DNA of 64,000 bases from contig CP067995.1 of assembly GCA_045159875.1 (NCBI GenBank), forward strand, positions 608,001-672,000, written 5' to 3'. Position 1 is the stretch's first letter. Every line of letters starts with the position of its first letter. The notes under the pieces are model-generated. The model did not search any database, had not been told where the DNA came from, and worked only from the letters and a program-made list of their open reading frames with translations. The stretch is from a cyanobacterium endosymbiont of Rhopalodia gibba (lineage in GTDB: Bacteria > Cyanobacteriota > Cyanobacteriia > Cyanobacteriales > Microcystaceae). Shown here piece after piece: positions 1-10,027 of this stretch. The translations under genes were made by a program, and so were the position numbers.

Positions 1-318
1 GAGGTTAAGAACTGCAGGATGTTCGACTTTACTGGTGATGATATGACGTTTGTTGGGTTGAGCGAAAAGAGCAGCATGAATGGCGGTATTATCTCCTTCA
101 GTTCCACAACTAGTAAAAACAATCTCAGAAGGTTCCGCACCTAACAAGGAAGCAACTTGTTCTCTACTAGTTTTAACCGCAAGCCCTACCTGCCCACCAA
201 AGGTGTGCATACTAGAGGGGTTACCGTAATAGAGGGTTAGATAGGGCAGCATAGCTGCAAGAACTTCTTCGTGAACTTGTGTAGTAGCGTTATTGTCGAG
301 ATATACACAGTCTTTCAT
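1..318 (-). CDS. nifS: cysteine desulfurase NifS, 5' part (runs off window)
   Basis: Manual translation from ATG at 318: MKDCVYLDNNATTQVHEEVLAAMLPYLTLYYGNPSSMHTFGG...IVFTSCGTEGDNTAI. YLDNNATT and GNPSS are NifS motifs; lies downstream of nifB. Confidence 0.95.
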   Translation of the reverse strand, partial: MKDCVYLDNNATTQVHEEVLAAMLPYLTLYYGNPSSMHTFGGQVGLAVKTSREQVASLLGAEPSEIVFTSCGTEGDNTAIHAALFAQPNKRHIITSKVEHPAVLNL

Positions 319-399
319 CGCAGGGTACCCATAAATAAATTCCGTGATAGAGCAACTAACAGTTAAGTCAAAGGCAGGAGACAGACGTTAAAATCTCAA

Positions 400-713
400 T
401 CAAATCCTGATCGCGCTTTGGAATAAGAAGAAAGCTAATTTTTGTGAATAGACGTTTAACCAGTGTTTCCAATAGGGCTGACCTTGGTTTGGTTTTGAGG
501 CATCTTAATGAAGTTTGGTAACGACTGAACTAGTTCTCCTAATAATCAGCCGATGGCTGGACCGAAGCTAAAGGAGAGCAATGGTTACAAGTGGTAGGTT
601 ACAAGTGGTAGCGTCAATGAGCAAGACATCTTTATTATAGCATTAGTGGGACATCTAACACTACAGCGATGATAGACAATACATTCAGATGTTGATGTTA
701 TGGCGTAACTCAT
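400..713 (-). pseudogene. fdxN: fdxN ferredoxin pseudogene
   Basis: ATG at 713 gives MSYAITSTSECIVYHRCSVRCPTNAII, then a frameshift to DVLLIDATTCN and a 14-bp tandem duplication (584-611). Next comes ...ADY*EN*FSRYQ (TAG at 539-541 and 530-532, where Trp is expected), then a frameshift to PYWKHWLNVYSQKLA. Located between nifB and nifS. Confidence 0.85.
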
Positions 714-738
714 GACACTACCCTTGTTCAATTCAGGT

Positions 739-930
739 TTACTGGCTGCTGCCTAAATTGGGTAAACAGCTATAATCTTGGGAAAATCCCGCACAGGGGG
801 GAATACTGTGGTCATCGACGCAACTATAACAGGTATTTTGAGCGTCATTGTCGGGCTGATGACCTATAGAAATAGAAGTTGCTGGGAAAACGGTAGAAGC
901 TTTCACAGGAGTGATAATAATAGAATTCAT
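739..930 (-). CDS. small degenerate ferredoxin-like protein (63 aa)
   Basis: Open ORF starting 3 nt after the nifB stop. CYSCVDDHSIPPCAGFSQDYSC resembles the second Cys cluster of FdxN-type ferredoxins; the N-terminal Cys cluster is missing. Confidence 0.5.
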   Translation of the reverse strand: MNSIIITPVKASTVFPATSISIGHQPDNDAQNTCYSCVDDHSIPPCAGFSQDYSCLPNLGSSQ

Positions 931-933
931 TAT

Positions 934-2385
934 CTATGATACTCCCATTGATTTGTTAGACTTTGTAAACTGCTCGTAGAAATCTAGGGCTACTTTGTCA
1001 ATAACATCGTAAGCCTCAAAGGGTTCTAACCCAGCCTTACGCAACTCCTCTTGGGGGCAAAGACCAATTTTAGAAGCAAGCACTCCTTTGCAATCAGCAA
1101 TAGCTTTGATGATATGCTCAAGAGTCGCTTTCTCGCCATACCCAGTTTGACAATAATGGTCGACTTTGCGATGAGCTACAAATTTAACATCTGCACCATC
1201 AACCTCAAATATTTGAAATTCCTTAGCGTGACCAAAGTGTTGGTTTACTAAGCGATTCCCTTTAGTTGCTACTGCTACAAGTATTTTAGGACCTTTTTTG
1301 AGTGTTTTAGCAGCTTTTGCGGCTTTCACCTCAGCGGTAAATTTTTCAATACCTTCGTGGACTTTCTGGCGGGTAGCTAAATCATATTCAGGCGTCATCT
1401 CGAGGAACTTGTCTTTGGTGAATTCCTGAGAACGGTCTTCTCCTAAGAGTCCTACTGCGTCTGCTCGACATTGACGACAGTGACGCATCATTTTCATGTT
1501 ACCAGAACAACTGTCTTGAACTGCTTTAAGTTCTTTGGGGCTAGGACCGCGTTGTCCGGTTAATCCAAAGTGGGTTCCATGCTCAGGCGCACTGATCAAA
1601 GGCATGATGTTATGAAGAAATGCACCTTTAGCACGAATAACTTCATTAACTTCTGCCAGGTGTTGGTCGTTAACTCCAGGAATCATAACCGAGTTAACCT
1701 TGCAAAGGATGTCTGCCTCCCTAAGGGCATCTAGGGACTCCATTTGCTTCTCTAAGAGAATTCTGACGCCTTCAATTCCCTTATAACGTTTGCGATTATA
1801 ACGTACCCAAGGATAGATTTTCTCCCCAATCTTAGGGTCAACCATATTAATAGTTAGGGTAACATGGTCGATTTTCAGTTCTTTGATTTTATCAATGTAC
1901 TCTGTTAACATCAAGCCGTTGCTTGACAGACATAATTTAATGTCGGGAGCTTGCTCAGCTACTAATTCAAAGGTACGGAAAGTATGCTTAGGATTCGCCA
2001 AGGGATCACCGGGACCCGCAATACCCAACACGGTCATTTGAGGAATCTTTCCGGCAATAACTAGAGCCTTGTGGGCAGCCTCTTCGGGGGTTAGAACTTC
2101 ACTAACTACTCCTGGACGGCTTTCGTTGGCACAATCGTACTTGCGGTTACAATAGTTACATTGAATGTTACAAGCAGGGGCAACTGCTACGTGCAATCTA
2201 GCATAGTGATGGTGTGCGTCCTCACTATAACAAGGATGTTTAGCAATCCGTTCCTGAATATTTTCAGGAATAACTCGAGAGGCAGAGGAATCGCAGCCAC
2301 ATGGTCCTGAAGCTTTTATTGTAGATGGAGTTGCTGTCTTGGCTGCTGATGAGTCAGAGTTAGTTAAACTGGTTGATTGTAACAT
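934..2385 (-). CDS. nifB: FeMo-cofactor biosynthesis radical SAM protein NifB
   Basis: HPCY motif, CNIQCNYC radical-SAM motif, [13 protein letters not shown]-terminal NifX-like domain ([11 protein letters not shown]). Confidence 0.98.
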   Translation of the reverse strand: MLQSTSLTNSDSSAAKTATPSTIKASGPCGCDSSASRVIPENIQERIAKHPCYSEDAHHHYARLHVAVAPACNIQCNYCNRKYDCANESRPGVVSEVLTPEEAAHKALVIAGKIPQMTVLGIAGPGDPLANPKHTFRTFELVAEQAPDIKLCLSSNGLMLTEYIDKIKELKIDHVTLTINMVDPKIGEKIYPWVRYNRKRYKGIEGVRILLEKQMESLDALREADILCKVNSVMIPGVNDQHLAEVNEVIRAKGAFLHNIMPLISAPEHGTHFGLTGQRGPSPKELKAVQDSCSGNMKMMRHCRQCRADAVGLLGEDRSQEFTKDKFLEMTPEYDLATRQKVHEGIEKFTAEVKAAKAAKTLKKGPKILVAVATKGNRLVNQHFGHAKEFQIFEVDGADVKFVAHRKVDHYCQTGYGEKATLEHIIKAIADCKGVLASKIGLCPQEELRKAGLEPFEAYDVIDKVALDFYEQFTKSNKSMGVS

Positions 2386-2579
2386 TGAATTCCGTGGAGT
2401 AAGAGGTGGCTAAAAAATGACCTAAGAGCATCTGGTGATTCAGTCGCTTGCTGGAACTTATCACAATAAGAGTCAAAAACGATCAATTTCCGTCCTTGGC
2501 GTCTATGCAAGTTATATCACTTCCTCTGGCAGTTCTTGATGCAGACAGCTGAGTTGGGATTTATCAAACTTGTTAGAAA

Positions 2580-2713
2580 GTACTCAAATGCTGGAATCTC
2601 TTTCCTAACGCCATGCTAACGCAATGTTATTTTTTTTAGGGGTCATGGGGCTAGTATTTTTAGTACGAGGTCTAAGTATTTTTTTTAGGGGATACGAGCA
2701 TTTATGCACTCAA
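2580..2713 (-). promoter_or_regulatory. nifB upstream multi-box element (candidate CnfR/PatB-responsive element)
   Basis: Minus strand reads TTGAGTGCATAAAT...AAATACTTAGAC...GTACTAAAAATACTAGCCCCAT...TTTGAGTAC; an inverted counterpart lies at 3176-3311. Confidence 0.7.
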
Positions 2714-3175
2714 GAGATAACCCCTACTGGAGAAAGAGCTGGGACCATTCTGGGACAGTTAAGTTCTTCATAATTTTGCACTCAACTACCTCTTACCGAA
2801 AACAAAAGACAGCAGACTCTCCGGCAAAAGTTGATACGGTTGATATATTTTTTCCGCTTTGCTGTTTTCTTTCTATGTTTAGGTCTTTTCCTGTTTTTTT
2901 CTTCACTCCTTACACTACAAAAAACCGGAGTAAGCGTTCCGAAGCTCCTCCAGTGCTGTCACGGAATCCAATTCTGTATCTAAAGTAACACTTTTTTTAA
3001 GATAAAGCTGACTTTAACTTACATCTACCCTAATCTTTGTACATCAAAATCCCTAAAGACCTTATTTCATAAGGAATTTAACTGTTAACTAACAATCAAT
3101 TCTTGAGTTCTTTAGATGATGTCTTTGAATTTTCTTTTTATGGGGTTTAAATCCTTACTCTGATTGATGTCTAAA

Positions 3176-3311
3176 TTGAGTACATAAATACTTTAACCAA
3201 TACCTATAAATACATAGACACTGTACCAAAAATACTAGCACCCCATACTCAAAAAAAGATTTGCTAACGACGCAAATACTTGAAATATAAATCTGCTAAG
3301 ATTTTGAGTGC
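3176..3311 (+). promoter_or_regulatory. nifP upstream multi-box element (candidate CnfR/PatB-responsive element)
   Basis: TTGAGTACATAAAT...AAATACATAGAC...GTACCAAAAATACTAGCACCCCAT...TTTGAGTGC; same boxes and spacing as the nifB copy. Confidence 0.7.
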
Positions 3312-3418
3312 ATAAATAACTAATGTTTATTAACTAGACCTGCCTCAATTGTCTTGGATGGTTCAGGGTAACTTGGTATAAGCATAACAACTAGGTCTAT
3401 GTAGAATCACGGAATTCA

Positions 3419-4150
3419 ATGTTTGGATCCATACCGCTTAGAGACGGCCGTTCTGAAAGTCAAGATGATCGCCTAAAAGTTTCAACTACGACTTTGTCGG
3501 CACCCTCCCACCCGACTAAGCTGCCGTTGAAGACTCTTTGGGAAGACTTTCAAATAATTTTTTCTCGTGATCCAGCTGCTCGCAACTGGCTGGAAGTGTT
3601 ATGTTGTTATCCAGGGTTGCACGCCCTAGTCTTGCATCGTATCTCTCATTGGCTGTGGCATTATGAAGTACCTTTTGTGCCGCGCTTTCTTTCCCATTTA
3701 GGGAGATTTTTTACAGGTATTGAAATTCATCCAGGAGCGACCCTCGGACAAGGAGTCTTCATCGACCACGGTATGGGGGTGGTTATAGGGGAGACTGCTA
3801 TTGTTGGTGATTATTGTCTAATTTATCAAAACGTTACCCTCGGCGGTACTGGGAAAGAGCTTGGCAAACGTCACCCTACCCTCGGCAACAATGTGGTGGT
3901 GGGGGCGGGAGCTAAAGTTTTAGGAAATATTGCCATTGGTGATCACGTTCGTATCGGAGCCGGTTCAATTATTCTAAGAAATGTGCCTAGTGATTGCACT
4001 GTGGTCGGTGTGCCAGGTCGTATTATTTCCCGCAGTGGTCGTGGTTGTCCATTAGAACACGGCAAGTTACCCGATGTAGAAGCCCAAGTTATTCGGACCT
4101 TGTTGGACCGAATTGAGCAATTGGAACAAAAGATACAAAACCTATCCTAA
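3419..4150 (+). CDS. nifP: serine O-acetyltransferase (NifP/CysE)
   Basis: [39 protein letters not shown] hexapeptide repeats; divergent from nifB. Confidence 0.95.
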   Translation: MFGSIPLRDGRSESQDDRLKVSTTTLSAPSHPTKLPLKTLWEDFQIIFSRDPAARNWLEVLCCYPGLHALVLHRISHWLWHYEVPFVPRFLSHLGRFFTGIEIHPGATLGQGVFIDHGMGVVIGETAIVGDYCLIYQNVTLGGTGKELGKRHPTLGNNVVVGAGAKVLGNIAIGDHVRIGAGSIILRNVPSDCTVVGVPGRIISRSGRGCPLEHGKLPDVEAQVIRTLLDRIEQLEQKIQNLS

Positions 4151-4165
4151 GCCTACTCTACCATT

Positions 4166-4444
4166 ATGATCAGATCATCTCGTCCCGATGCGTTAATCAG
4201 CCAAGTTGCGAAAGTTTCTCGATGTGAACGCTGGTTACTCCACCGTCGCCTTGAAGAACTAATGATCCCTTCTTGGTGTCCCGATGATGGCTCTTTATGG
4301 GTGGAAATTCAACACGGCATTGATGCTATTCTTTTACGCAGCACTGTCTACCAAGCGAGTGCCTCTCGTCAAGAACTGGTGGATTGGCTCGGACGCTGCT
4401 GGGAAGCAGATGACACCCTTTCTACTCAATTCTACAATAGTTGA
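4166..4444 (+). CDS. conserved nif-associated small protein (Asr1405/Asl0597-like)
   Basis: RWLLHRRLEELMIPSWC and RQELVDWLGRCW pattern; position in the nifP operon. Confidence 0.7.
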   Translation: MIRSSRPDALISQVAKVSRCERWLLHRRLEELMIPSWCPDDGSLWVEIQHGIDAILLRSTVYQASASRQELVDWLGRCWEADDTLSTQFYNS

Positions 4445-4554
4445 GGATATTTTTCTCGAACTTGTCGCTTTTCCGGTTTGTTTTTTGCGCCCTTAACTCG
4501 TTGAGACCTAGCTCCGCTGGCTGATTGCGGAATAATTAGTTTTTTAGTGCTGTC

Positions 4555-4767
4555 ATGGAAGATCATCCAATCTCTAACGAATTCACTCAATTTTTACAAC
4601 AAGAACTATCTCTTTCATCCGATGACCTAGCGGTTGCTCTAAACAATCGCCGACAACCAGGAGATCCTATTCCTATGTTGCTATGGCAATATGGATTAAT
4701 TTCTAGAGGACAACTCCAGAGAATTTGGGATTGGCTTGATGCTCAGATTCAATTCCAGTTTCCTTGA
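4555..4767 (+). CDS. DUF2949-like small protein
   Basis: FLQQELSLS...PMLLWQYGLIS..QLQRIWDWL pattern. Confidence 0.75.
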   Translation: MEDHPISNEFTQFLQQELSLSSDDLAVALNNRRQPGDPIPMLLWQYGLISRGQLQRIWDWLDAQIQFQFP

Positions 4768-4814
4768 CTATCATTTTAGCAAGTTCTTACCTATAGTTGT
4801 CGAGACATTAAGCC

Positions 4815-5948
4815 ATGGACAAAACTCGCATTAATGATACCACCCTCAGAGATGGAGAACAAGCAGCTGGTATTGTTTTCACTCCCGAAGAAAAAATATC
4901 TCTAGCTAATTTGATGGATGCTATGGGCATTCCCGAATTAGAAGTAGGAATTCCGGCCATGGGAGGAAGTGAAGCAGAAGCCATTACAGCGATCACCCAG
5001 TTAGGATTGAAAGCCGATTTATTAGGCTGGAATCGGGCAGTCCGCTCCGATGTGGAAGCTTCCCTTGCTTGTGGACTCAAACGAGTTCACATCTCCATTC
5101 CCGTGTCTGAGCTACAAATTCAAGCTAAGTTCAAGGGTGATCGCAGCCTGGTTTTTACCTGTCTAGAGAACACCCTCAAATTTGCCGTGGATAATGGTCT
5201 GTTTGTTTCTGTAGGAGCAGAAGATTCCTCTAGAGCTTCAGAAGAATTTTTGCTAGAGGTTGCTCGCGCTGCTCAGGAATGGGGGGCATCTCGTTTTCGA
5301 TTCTGCGATACGGTAGGTATTCTCAATCCTATTACCACTACCAAAAAAGTTGGAAATTTAGTGAAAGAGTTATCAATTCCCGTAGAGATGCATACTCATA
5401 ACGACTTTGGCTTGGCTACAGCCAATGCTTTAGCTGGACTCCAGGCGGGAGCTACTTCGGTGAATACTACCGTTAATGGGTTGGGGGAACGAGCAGGGAA
5501 TGCGGCTTTAGAAGAAATAATTATGGCTCTAAAGCATCTATATCAGGTGGACTTGAGCGTTAAGACTTGTCATTTGAGGGAATTGTCCCAGTTGGTCATT
5601 GCTGCCTCGGGTCATACTCTTCCTCCTTGGAAGGCTGTAGTAGGAGACAATGTCTTCTCCCACGAATCAGGTATCCATGCCCACGGAGTTCTTAAAAATC
5701 CCCAAACCTATGAGCCCTTTTCCCCAGAGGAAATCGGTTGGCAAAGACGATTGGTTGTAGGTAAGCATTCTGGACGACATCTAGTTGCTAATTTGCTAAA
5801 ACAACATGGCATTACTTTAGATCGTGAGGAAGCCCAATTTGTCTTAGATGCAGTGCGCAATTTGTCAGTTCAGATGAAACGAAGTTTAACAGTAGATGAA
5901 TTACTTAATTTAGTACCTCATAGGAGAATATCTCATGGGATTATATAA
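4815..5948 (+). CDS. nifV: homocitrate synthase NifV
   Basis: DTTLRDGEQ, HTHNDFGLATAN, GLGERAGNA, HESGIH, GKHSG; nif context. Confidence 0.96.
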   Translation: MDKTRINDTTLRDGEQAAGIVFTPEEKISLANLMDAMGIPELEVGIPAMGGSEAEAITAITQLGLKADLLGWNRAVRSDVEASLACGLKRVHISIPVSELQIQAKFKGDRSLVFTCLENTLKFAVDNGLFVSVGAEDSSRASEEFLLEVARAAQEWGASRFRFCDTVGILNPITTTKKVGNLVKELSIPVEMHTHNDFGLATANALAGLQAGATSVNTTVNGLGERAGNAALEEIIMALKHLYQVDLSVKTCHLRELSQLVIAASGHTLPPWKAVVGDNVFSHESGIHAHGVLKNPQTYEPFSPEEIGWQRRLVVGKHSGRHLVANLLKQHGITLDREEAQFVLDAVRNLSVQMKRSLTVDELLNLVPHRRISHGII

Positions 5949-6246
5949 TCCTGGCGAAATCGAACTAAATGATCCTCCATTTTTTCAAATGGAGGAAAAA
6001 GTCCGCTTACGGAAAATGATTCGTAATGATGGAACATTTCCGGGTAAAGAACTTGGTCAAACTTTAGCGAAAAAAGGTGATGTTGGCTATGTAGTTGGTA
6101 TTGGAACCTATCTACAGAGTTATTATATTTATGCGGTGCATTTTATTGATAGTGGCTTTGTTGTGGGGTGTCGCCGCAAGGAACTAGAATCAGCGGAGGA
6201 TCCTGAAACCCTAGAACGTCGTAAGGAGGAGATGAGTCGCTATTGA
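5935..6246 (+). CDS. nifZ: nitrogen fixation protein NifZ
   Basis: KVRLRKMIRNDGTFPG...GYVVGIGTYLQ..YIYAVHF...VVGCRRKEL; overlaps the nifV stop. Confidence 0.95.
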   Translation: MGLYNPGEIELNDPPFFQMEEKVRLRKMIRNDGTFPGKELGQTLAKKGDVGYVVGIGTYLQSYYIYAVHFIDSGFVVGCRRKELESAEDPETLERRKEEMSRY

Positions 6247-6335
6247 TTAATACACCAAAAAAGTTAGAATTATAATCATTTAATTATAATTCTGCCTTCT
6301 ACATTAGTGTTTAGATTGTTATTAGGAGTTATTTC

Positions 6336-6536
6336 ATGAAAGTTATTTTAAGTCGTAATGATACAGGCAATTTATCTGTCTACGTTCCTAAAAAGGACTT
6401 AGAGGAAGTGGTGGTTAACGAAACCCCTGCAGATGAGGGAAAAATTCTAACCTTGGCTAATGGTTGGGATTTAAAGTTTCCTACCTTGACCGATGATACT
6501 AAGTTACCTCAAACTATGGAAGCGACAAAACTGTAA
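6336..6536 (+). CDS. nifT: NifT/FixU
   Basis: MKVILSRN...YVPKKDLEEVVV...LANGW; AGGAG Shine-Dalgarno upstream. Confidence 0.93.
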   Translation: MKVILSRNDTGNLSVYVPKKDLEEVVVNETPADEGKILTLANGWDLKFPTLTDDTKLPQTMEATKL

Positions 6537-6682
6537 TTACTGTTAGTTTTTGAAGAATAAAACAGAGGTAACTTTTTTAGTGAATAGGAAAAGTAAAGGG
6601 CAAGGGGAAGAAGTTAAAATATCTGTTCCTCCCTCTTACCTCATTTTAACTTCTTAATTCTTTAATTATTGAGGATTTAGTC

Positions 6683-7279
6683 ATGGATTCAGTGCATTAC
6701 CAAACTTTATCATTTCGATTAGAAGGTCAATTCGTTGGATTTATCAACAAGTCCAATGGCCGATTAAAGTCTCTGCGATTAATACTTAATGGCAAAGAGT
6801 TACATATTAAATTGGATAAAGAATTACGGGGTTCCTTAGGGAATAGTTTAGCTGTTGGTGACTGGATTCAGGTTGTAGGAAGACAAAAATTCAAGGGTAG
6901 TTTTACTGACTTTAAACTAAAAGCATTTCAAGTAAATCGATTGAGTTATAGCTTAGAGTGTCAAGATAATGTAAACCAAAATTATTCAGTAATTTCTGAA
7001 GATCGCTCGTCGAGTTGTCTGAAAAAAGGCAAAATTCTTTTGTGTAATAAATCTGATTGTGCCAAAAATGGTAGTGAAGAACTTTATCAAGAACTCCAAA
7101 AAACTATCTATCGTTTGGGGTTAGAAGATTCTGTAACTATCCAAAAAACAAGTTGTCAGAAACGCTGTAAAAAAGCGCCCAATATGATTTTAATGCCTGG
7201 GAAAGAAAAATGCAGCAACCCTCAACCTCAGAGTATTGTAAGTCTTCTCCGTGATCATTATTTAGCTCCTATGGACTAA
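6683..7279 (+). CDS. protein with C-terminal thioredoxin-like [2Fe-2S] ferredoxin domain
   Basis: CNKSDC...TSCQKRCKKAPN four-Cys pattern; nif-cluster context. Confidence 0.75.
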   Translation: MDSVHYQTLSFRLEGQFVGFINKSNGRLKSLRLILNGKELHIKLDKELRGSLGNSLAVGDWIQVVGRQKFKGSFTDFKLKAFQVNRLSYSLECQDNVNQNYSVISEDRSSSCLKKGKILLCNKSDCAKNGSEELYQELQKTIYRLGLEDSVTIQKTSCQKRCKKAPNMILMPGKEKCSNPQPQSIVSLLRDHYLAPMD

Positions 7280-7285
7280 GAAAAA

Positions 7286-7690
7286 ATGACTAATATTATT
7301 TTCTATGAAAAACCCGGTTGTATTAACAATACAAAGCAGAAAAAACTCCTCTGGAGTGCAGGTCATACCTTGGATATTCGTAACCTGTTGACGACCTCTT
7401 GGACTTTAGAAAAATTACGACCTTTTTTTGGTGATCGACCTGTTCAAGAGTGGTTTAACCCTACTGCCCCTCGAATTAAGTCAGGGGAAATTGTTCCAAG
7501 AAAATTAGACGAGAAAACAGCACTTAACTTAATGATAGCTGATCCTCTATTGATTCGTCGTCCTCTTATTCAAGTGGAAGAAGTTTTTCAAGTAGGATTT
7601 GATGTGGAACAAATCGACTCTTGGATTGGTTTAAATAGTTTAAGTACAAAAATAGAAGATTTAGAAACTTGTCCTAACATTTTCCAATAA
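7286..7690 (+). CDS. nitrogenase-associated ArsC/Spx-family protein
   Basis: FYEKPGCINNTKQK, WFNPTAPRIKSG, PLLIRRPL. Confidence 0.88.
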   Translation: MTNIIFYEKPGCINNTKQKKLLWSAGHTLDIRNLLTTSWTLEKLRPFFGDRPVQEWFNPTAPRIKSGEIVPRKLDEKTALNLMIADPLLIRRPLIQVEEVFQVGFDVEQIDSWIGLNSLSTKIEDLETCPNIFQ

Positions 7691-7711
7691 TTAATTATTT
7701 TAAAAGCCATT

Positions 7712-7744
7712 AGAGATGTCAATTAACACATCTCTTTTCTTCTT
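7712..7744 (+). terminator. intrinsic terminator of the nifP operon
   Basis: AGAGATGT-caattaac-ACATCTCT followed by TTTCTTCTT, about 20 nt after the last stop codon. Confidence 0.55.
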
Positions 7745-8484
7745 AAAAGAAGAAAAATAGAAACAGTCTAATAAATTAAAAATAGTTTAGAATGAAATGA
7801 TGGGTTTAAGTTGATCAATAATCCATTATTTGGAACTTTATACTATTAATTTTTATATTAACTATAATGATTCGTCTATTGTATAGATATGTTTAGAATA
7901 AATTTAGGAACTTAAAATTTCCTAAACTAGCTGTAAAACAATTTCAATAAAAAAAGCGGAAAAATCTTGCTTTATAGAATTTTAAGGACTCAACTACTTA
8001 AGTTTTATACAAGCAAAGTTCTTGAGGTCTTAGGGTACAGTCAAAATAAGAGTTTTGAAGATTATTTAGATACTAATTTATTAATTTAACTCTAAACAAG
8101 ATAGAAATCTAGATAGATAATTATAAAATAACTCAATAAAATAAAGTAAAATAAGTTCAAGAATAGCTATAGAAAGTATTGAACCATAAGTCTAATAGAT
8201 ATATGCTAAATATAGTTTTTTAAAAATTTAAGAGGAATATTTTTTTAAAGTGTGTTGAACTACTTAAATATTAACGTTATCTCAAAGCAGACTTCTTAAT
8301 AAGAAAATCTACATAATAGCGAGGCTAAGCAAGAGAAATTTGTCAGTACTTTTATTGAAATTAAATCTTCAAAGTTGTGATATTGAAATAATATTTCAAT
8401 TTTGTAGATAACACTTCGCTTTGCTGAATCCATCTCCTCACCATTCAGATTAGTCATCATCTAGCAAATTTTTTTAAAAAATAA

Positions 8485-8676
8485 CTAACGATTAAATCTT
8501 TGGTGATAGATTACTAATTCTGCAGTAATATCACGCTCGTCGTTGTAACAAACATTTTGTTCTACAGTTGTTGTCTCTTTGAAAACTTCTGTTAATCCTA
8601 CGCTAAGAAACATTACACTAGTAGCAGCAATGATGTAGTTGCGCGGGTTGATAATCTCGGTAGTAGTCGTTAACAT
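8485..8676 (-). CDS. orphan small protein (63 aa)
   Basis: Open ORF visibly more GC-rich than its flanks; AAAGGAAA upstream; CTGACA-N18-TATTAT promoter-like motif at 8738-8709. Confidence 0.45.
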   Translation of the reverse strand: MLTTTTEIINPRNYIIAATSVMFLSVGLTEVFKETTTVEQNVCYNDERDITAELVIYHQRFNR

Positions 8677-9125
8677 CGTGAGTCATTTTCCTTTCTTTAA
8701 TTACTTTTATAATATAAAAAGTTTAAGGGTGATGTCAGTCCCAAAACACTGGAAAAAAATTAAGTTTTAGAGTCTATTTAAGGGGAGTTATGTAGAAAAT
8801 TTAACCAGTTTTATATAAAGTTAGTTACGATTGAAATTATTTTGTGTAATTTCCTACATTATCATAAACTTCAATTAATTTTTTTTAAAATTTTTATAAC
8901 ACATTGTATAAACAACGACTACTAAGTTAAATCAGTATATCCTATTTTAATTTTAAAGTAAAATAGATTATTCAACGAAGTGTTATCTTTAAAAGAGATT
9001 AGATGACTCCTGAGTTAATCACCTGATTCAAACAATAATTTAATTCTTGTGACCAATTCAAGGTTAATAATTTAGTTCAGGAATCGTATAATTTTTCAAT
9101 TATCAAAACAACTATCAAAACTTAG

Positions 9126-9827
9126 ATGTTGATCCCTCTGACTCGCCAAGCACTTGAAAAAATTATTCCCGCTATTGCAACGGGAGCACAATATGCATCT
9201 TGTTGGGGAAGAGCGCGGGATGTCTTAAGACGGTTATTAATTTCTGTGGTTGCTCTCACTATTTTCTGGTTAATTGGAAAACTCCTGGGTTCAGGAGGCC
9301 TAGCCATTAAACTTATTTTTGATATTATTGCTGGACTATATTGGCTGTGGAGTCCCATTTACTGGGCCAATCTACGCAATGGCAGTTATCGTCGCTTTCC
9401 CTATAGTGGATTTTGGCAAGGACGAGTATTAGATGTCTATCTCACAGAAGAAGTTGTTGGAGAAGAAGAAACTGTCAACAAGCGTGGAGAACTAGTCGTC
9501 ATTGAGAACCGAGAACGGCGAATTAATCTCGAAGTTGGCGATAACGAACAGTTCAGGGCTAGGATAAAAGCTCCCGTTAAACGAATTTATAAAAGCATTA
9601 ATCCTGGAGATATAGCAGAAATGGTGATTCTATCAAAACAGTCAGATCTAAGCCGAATTGATAAAATTACAGATGTTTATCTCCCACAACATAATTTTTG
9701 GTTAGGAGAATATCCCTATTTACGAAGGGATGTTTTTACTCAGGTGAGTGATGAACTAGGAACAGTCAAGGGTAGAAAAACGAACCAAGGACACCACCTT
9801 TATCGAGTTCAACGACGTAGACGTTAG
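9126..9827 (+). CDS. conserved cyanobacterial membrane protein of unknown function
   Basis: 233-aa ORF (MLIPLTR...IATGAQY); two hydrophobic segments, then a soluble domain. Confidence 0.75.
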   Translation: MLIPLTRQALEKIIPAIATGAQYASCWGRARDVLRRLLISVVALTIFWLIGKLLGSGGLAIKLIFDIIAGLYWLWSPIYWANLRNGSYRRFPYSGFWQGRVLDVYLTEEVVGEEETVNKRGELVVIENRERRINLEVGDNEQFRARIKAPVKRIYKSINPGDIAEMVILSKQSDLSRIDKITDVYLPQHNFWLGEYPYLRRDVFTQVSDELGTVKGRKTNQGHHLYRVQRRRR

Positions 9828-10027
9828 CTATAAAATGATGAATAATATATTAGGGTCATTAGTAAATAAATAATTATTCGGCTCAACTGGATATTCTTCT
9901 TCAAAAGAAACCCTAAAAATATTTTAGAAAGAACCTAATTAAAGTTCTAATCATAAAAATCCATAAAATTGAACTTCAATCAACAGTGAAAGTATACTTA
10001 TAAATAAGTTGAGAAATTATAAGCATT

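Noticed and set aside
2704..2988. 94-aa ORF in the nifB-nifP spacer
   Set aside because: No recognisable motifs, low-complexity Phe-rich composition, and it overlaps the regulatory module; probably spurious.
8434..8441. Second Yfr1-complementary GTGAGGAG site on the minus strand
   Set aside because: Only 8 nt, not in front of a supported gene, and expected by chance for an SD-like word.
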